From IMG/VR virus record IMGVR_UViG_3300028920_000029, positions 64,001 to 128,000 of that record: 64,000 bases of DNA; one strand, written 5' to 3'. Of the stretch, positions 62,746 to 64,000 are shown one piece after another; position 1 is the stretch's first letter; each line of letters opens with the position of its first letter. This stretch comes from a virus. The translations under genes were made by a program, and so were the position numbers. A model generated the notes under the pieces. It worked only from the letters and a program-made list of their open reading frames with translations, was not told the origin of the DNA and did not search any database.

Positions 62746-63243
62746 TACTCACTCTCCCTGTGATTTGATAAAACTAATTTTTAAGTTTTATTTCACTGTA
62801 ATCAAAACTGTGTTTCCTTAATGCGTCAATAATATCGTTTTGAATACTATTTATATTCATTTCTATTTCATCCTTTGTGAGACCTGTCATTTTTACATCA
62901 ACTTTCATACTTATTTCATCCGTCCAGTGTCCATTTGTTGCTACTACCTTAAATGTTCTTTTCATTTCTAGTTACCTCCCTGTGATTTGACTTTTTAATT
63001 TCTATATTTAATCCCATAATTCCAAAGATAAAAGACCTTTCAACTATTTGAATTTGAACTCGGAATAAATGAATATCAAAAAAAGATATTCTTAAATACA
63101 ATAAATCAGTAATACCATAATACATAAACTGAAAACACCTAAAATCTATTTGAATTCCCTCTTTTATTTGTATATCTATTTTTTTATCATATGTTAACCA
63201 GTCTTGCCAAAACTTTATATCCATATTACACCTCCTTATTTTT

Positions 63244-63525
63244 TCATCTATCGTGGGCGCTTATCTGAATAACTATAGAGTTGTTAGGCTCTCGTATTAG
63301 TCTATCTGCTATAGCATCCTGCTCTATTGATTTAAAATCCCAACGATCTTTTACACGTAACTTTGCCGAGGGAAACCTTTTTCTTATAGCAGAAACTACG
63401 GCGGTTATGCTTACTCCTTTTTTAGGTGTAATATCGCACAGATACCATCCAAAACTTCCTGCGCCATAAAAGGTGCACTTAAACAACTTATCGTAGTTTT
63501 CCAAAGTTGATTCCTTATTTCTCAC
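63244..63525 (-). CDS. Hypothetical protein (family A)
   Basis: ITPKKGVSITAVV. Confidence 0.65.
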   Translation of the reverse strand: MRNKESTLENYDKLFKCTFYGAGSFGWYLCDITPKKGVSITAVVSAIRKRFPSAKLRVKDRWDFKSIEQDAIADRLIREPNNSIVIQISAHDR

Positions 63526-63796
63526 AGAATGTTCCTACGGCGTAACTAACGCCCAATAATGCTACCACAATCATACCGCCATAAAAACTTATTTCGTTTG
63601 TTGTGTACCATTTATGGAGTGCCCAGAGTATTACTGCTAGTGCGTCCAGTATTACTACGGTTATTCCTATGTGCAGTAATCCTATGCCTATTCTTCGTAG
63701 AATAACTTTCCATATAGGTTCTATTACGGGATCTGGATCGGACCATAATTCTGACATACCGTGCCTCCTTCAATGTAGTATATCGCTTACAGTATA

Positions 63797-63824
63797 AGTA
63801 TACTGATAGAATTGGATTTGTCAA
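63797..63824 (-). promoter_or_regulatory. Sigma70 promoter TTGACA-N16-TATACT
   Basis: Near-consensus with AT-rich upstream sequence; the downstream RBS AAGGAGGCACGGTATG is identical to that at 32890-32905. Confidence 0.8.
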
Positions 63825-63845
63825 GAAAAAATTTAAGAAATTTTA

Positions 63846-63876
63846 TGGTGCCAGCAGATGGACTCGAACCACCGTA
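63846..63876 (-). pseudogene. tRNA 3'-half remnant (T arm + acceptor strand + CCA)
   Basis: TACGGTGGTTCGAGTCCATCTGCTGGCACCA with no 5' half. Confidence 0.75.
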
Positions 63877-63882
63877 GCTATA

Positions 63883-63966
63883 TGGTGGGCAGGGATGGAT
63901 TCGAACCATCGTACCCGAGGGAACGGATTTACAGTCCGCCGCCTTTAACCGCTCAGCCACCTACCC
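63883..63966 (-). tRNA. trnY: tRNA-Tyr (GTA)
   Basis: Full cloverleaf GGGTAGG.../CCTGCCC-A-CCA, anticodon loop CTGTAAA, long variable arm, TTCGAAT T-loop. Confidence 0.97.
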
Positions 63967-64000
63967 ACGTTTTTTACTACCATATGTATCTGTTTGAGTA

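Noticed and set aside
1-64000. Stop-codon reassignment
   Set aside because: Long genes are intact under the standard code and TAA, TAG and TGA all terminate genes.

Overview
This is a 64-kb segment of a large, apparently lytic myovirus-type bacteriophage. It uses the standard genetic code, strong AGGAGG Shine-Dalgarno sites and sigma70-type promoters. Bases 1-22,754 (+ strand) hold a contractile-tail module: sheath, tube, a tail-assembly chaperone with a -1 frameshift, tape measure, baseplate initiator/hub/spike/gp25/J/wedge, a 1,561-aa helical protein and a holin-like protein. Bases 22,751-64,000 (- strand) hold a dense array of about 100 small early/accessory genes. Recognisable ones are a truncated sigma factor, an ATP-dependent DNA ligase, a Gp88-like protein, an Sm-like/WYL_2 protein, a MoxR-type AAA ATPase with a DUF2201/VWA partner, and tRNA-Tyr. 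The accessory array has hidden structure. (i) Two non-coding islands (36.55-36.87 kb palindromes and repeats; 54.63-54.96 kb array of 42 in-phase octamers) share motifs and may delimit an ~18-kb long terminal repeat. (ii) Several expanded paralog families are present, many sharing a strand-loop-(S/T)-helix motif. (iii) AT-rich genes sit between short direct repeats built on one stop/RBS/start junction, which suggests cassette shuffling. (iv) Several structured intergenic RNAs occur, one of them filling a cassette slot. (v) Four promoters share an invariant 16-bp spacer. All assignments come from motif recognition by eye; no searches were run.
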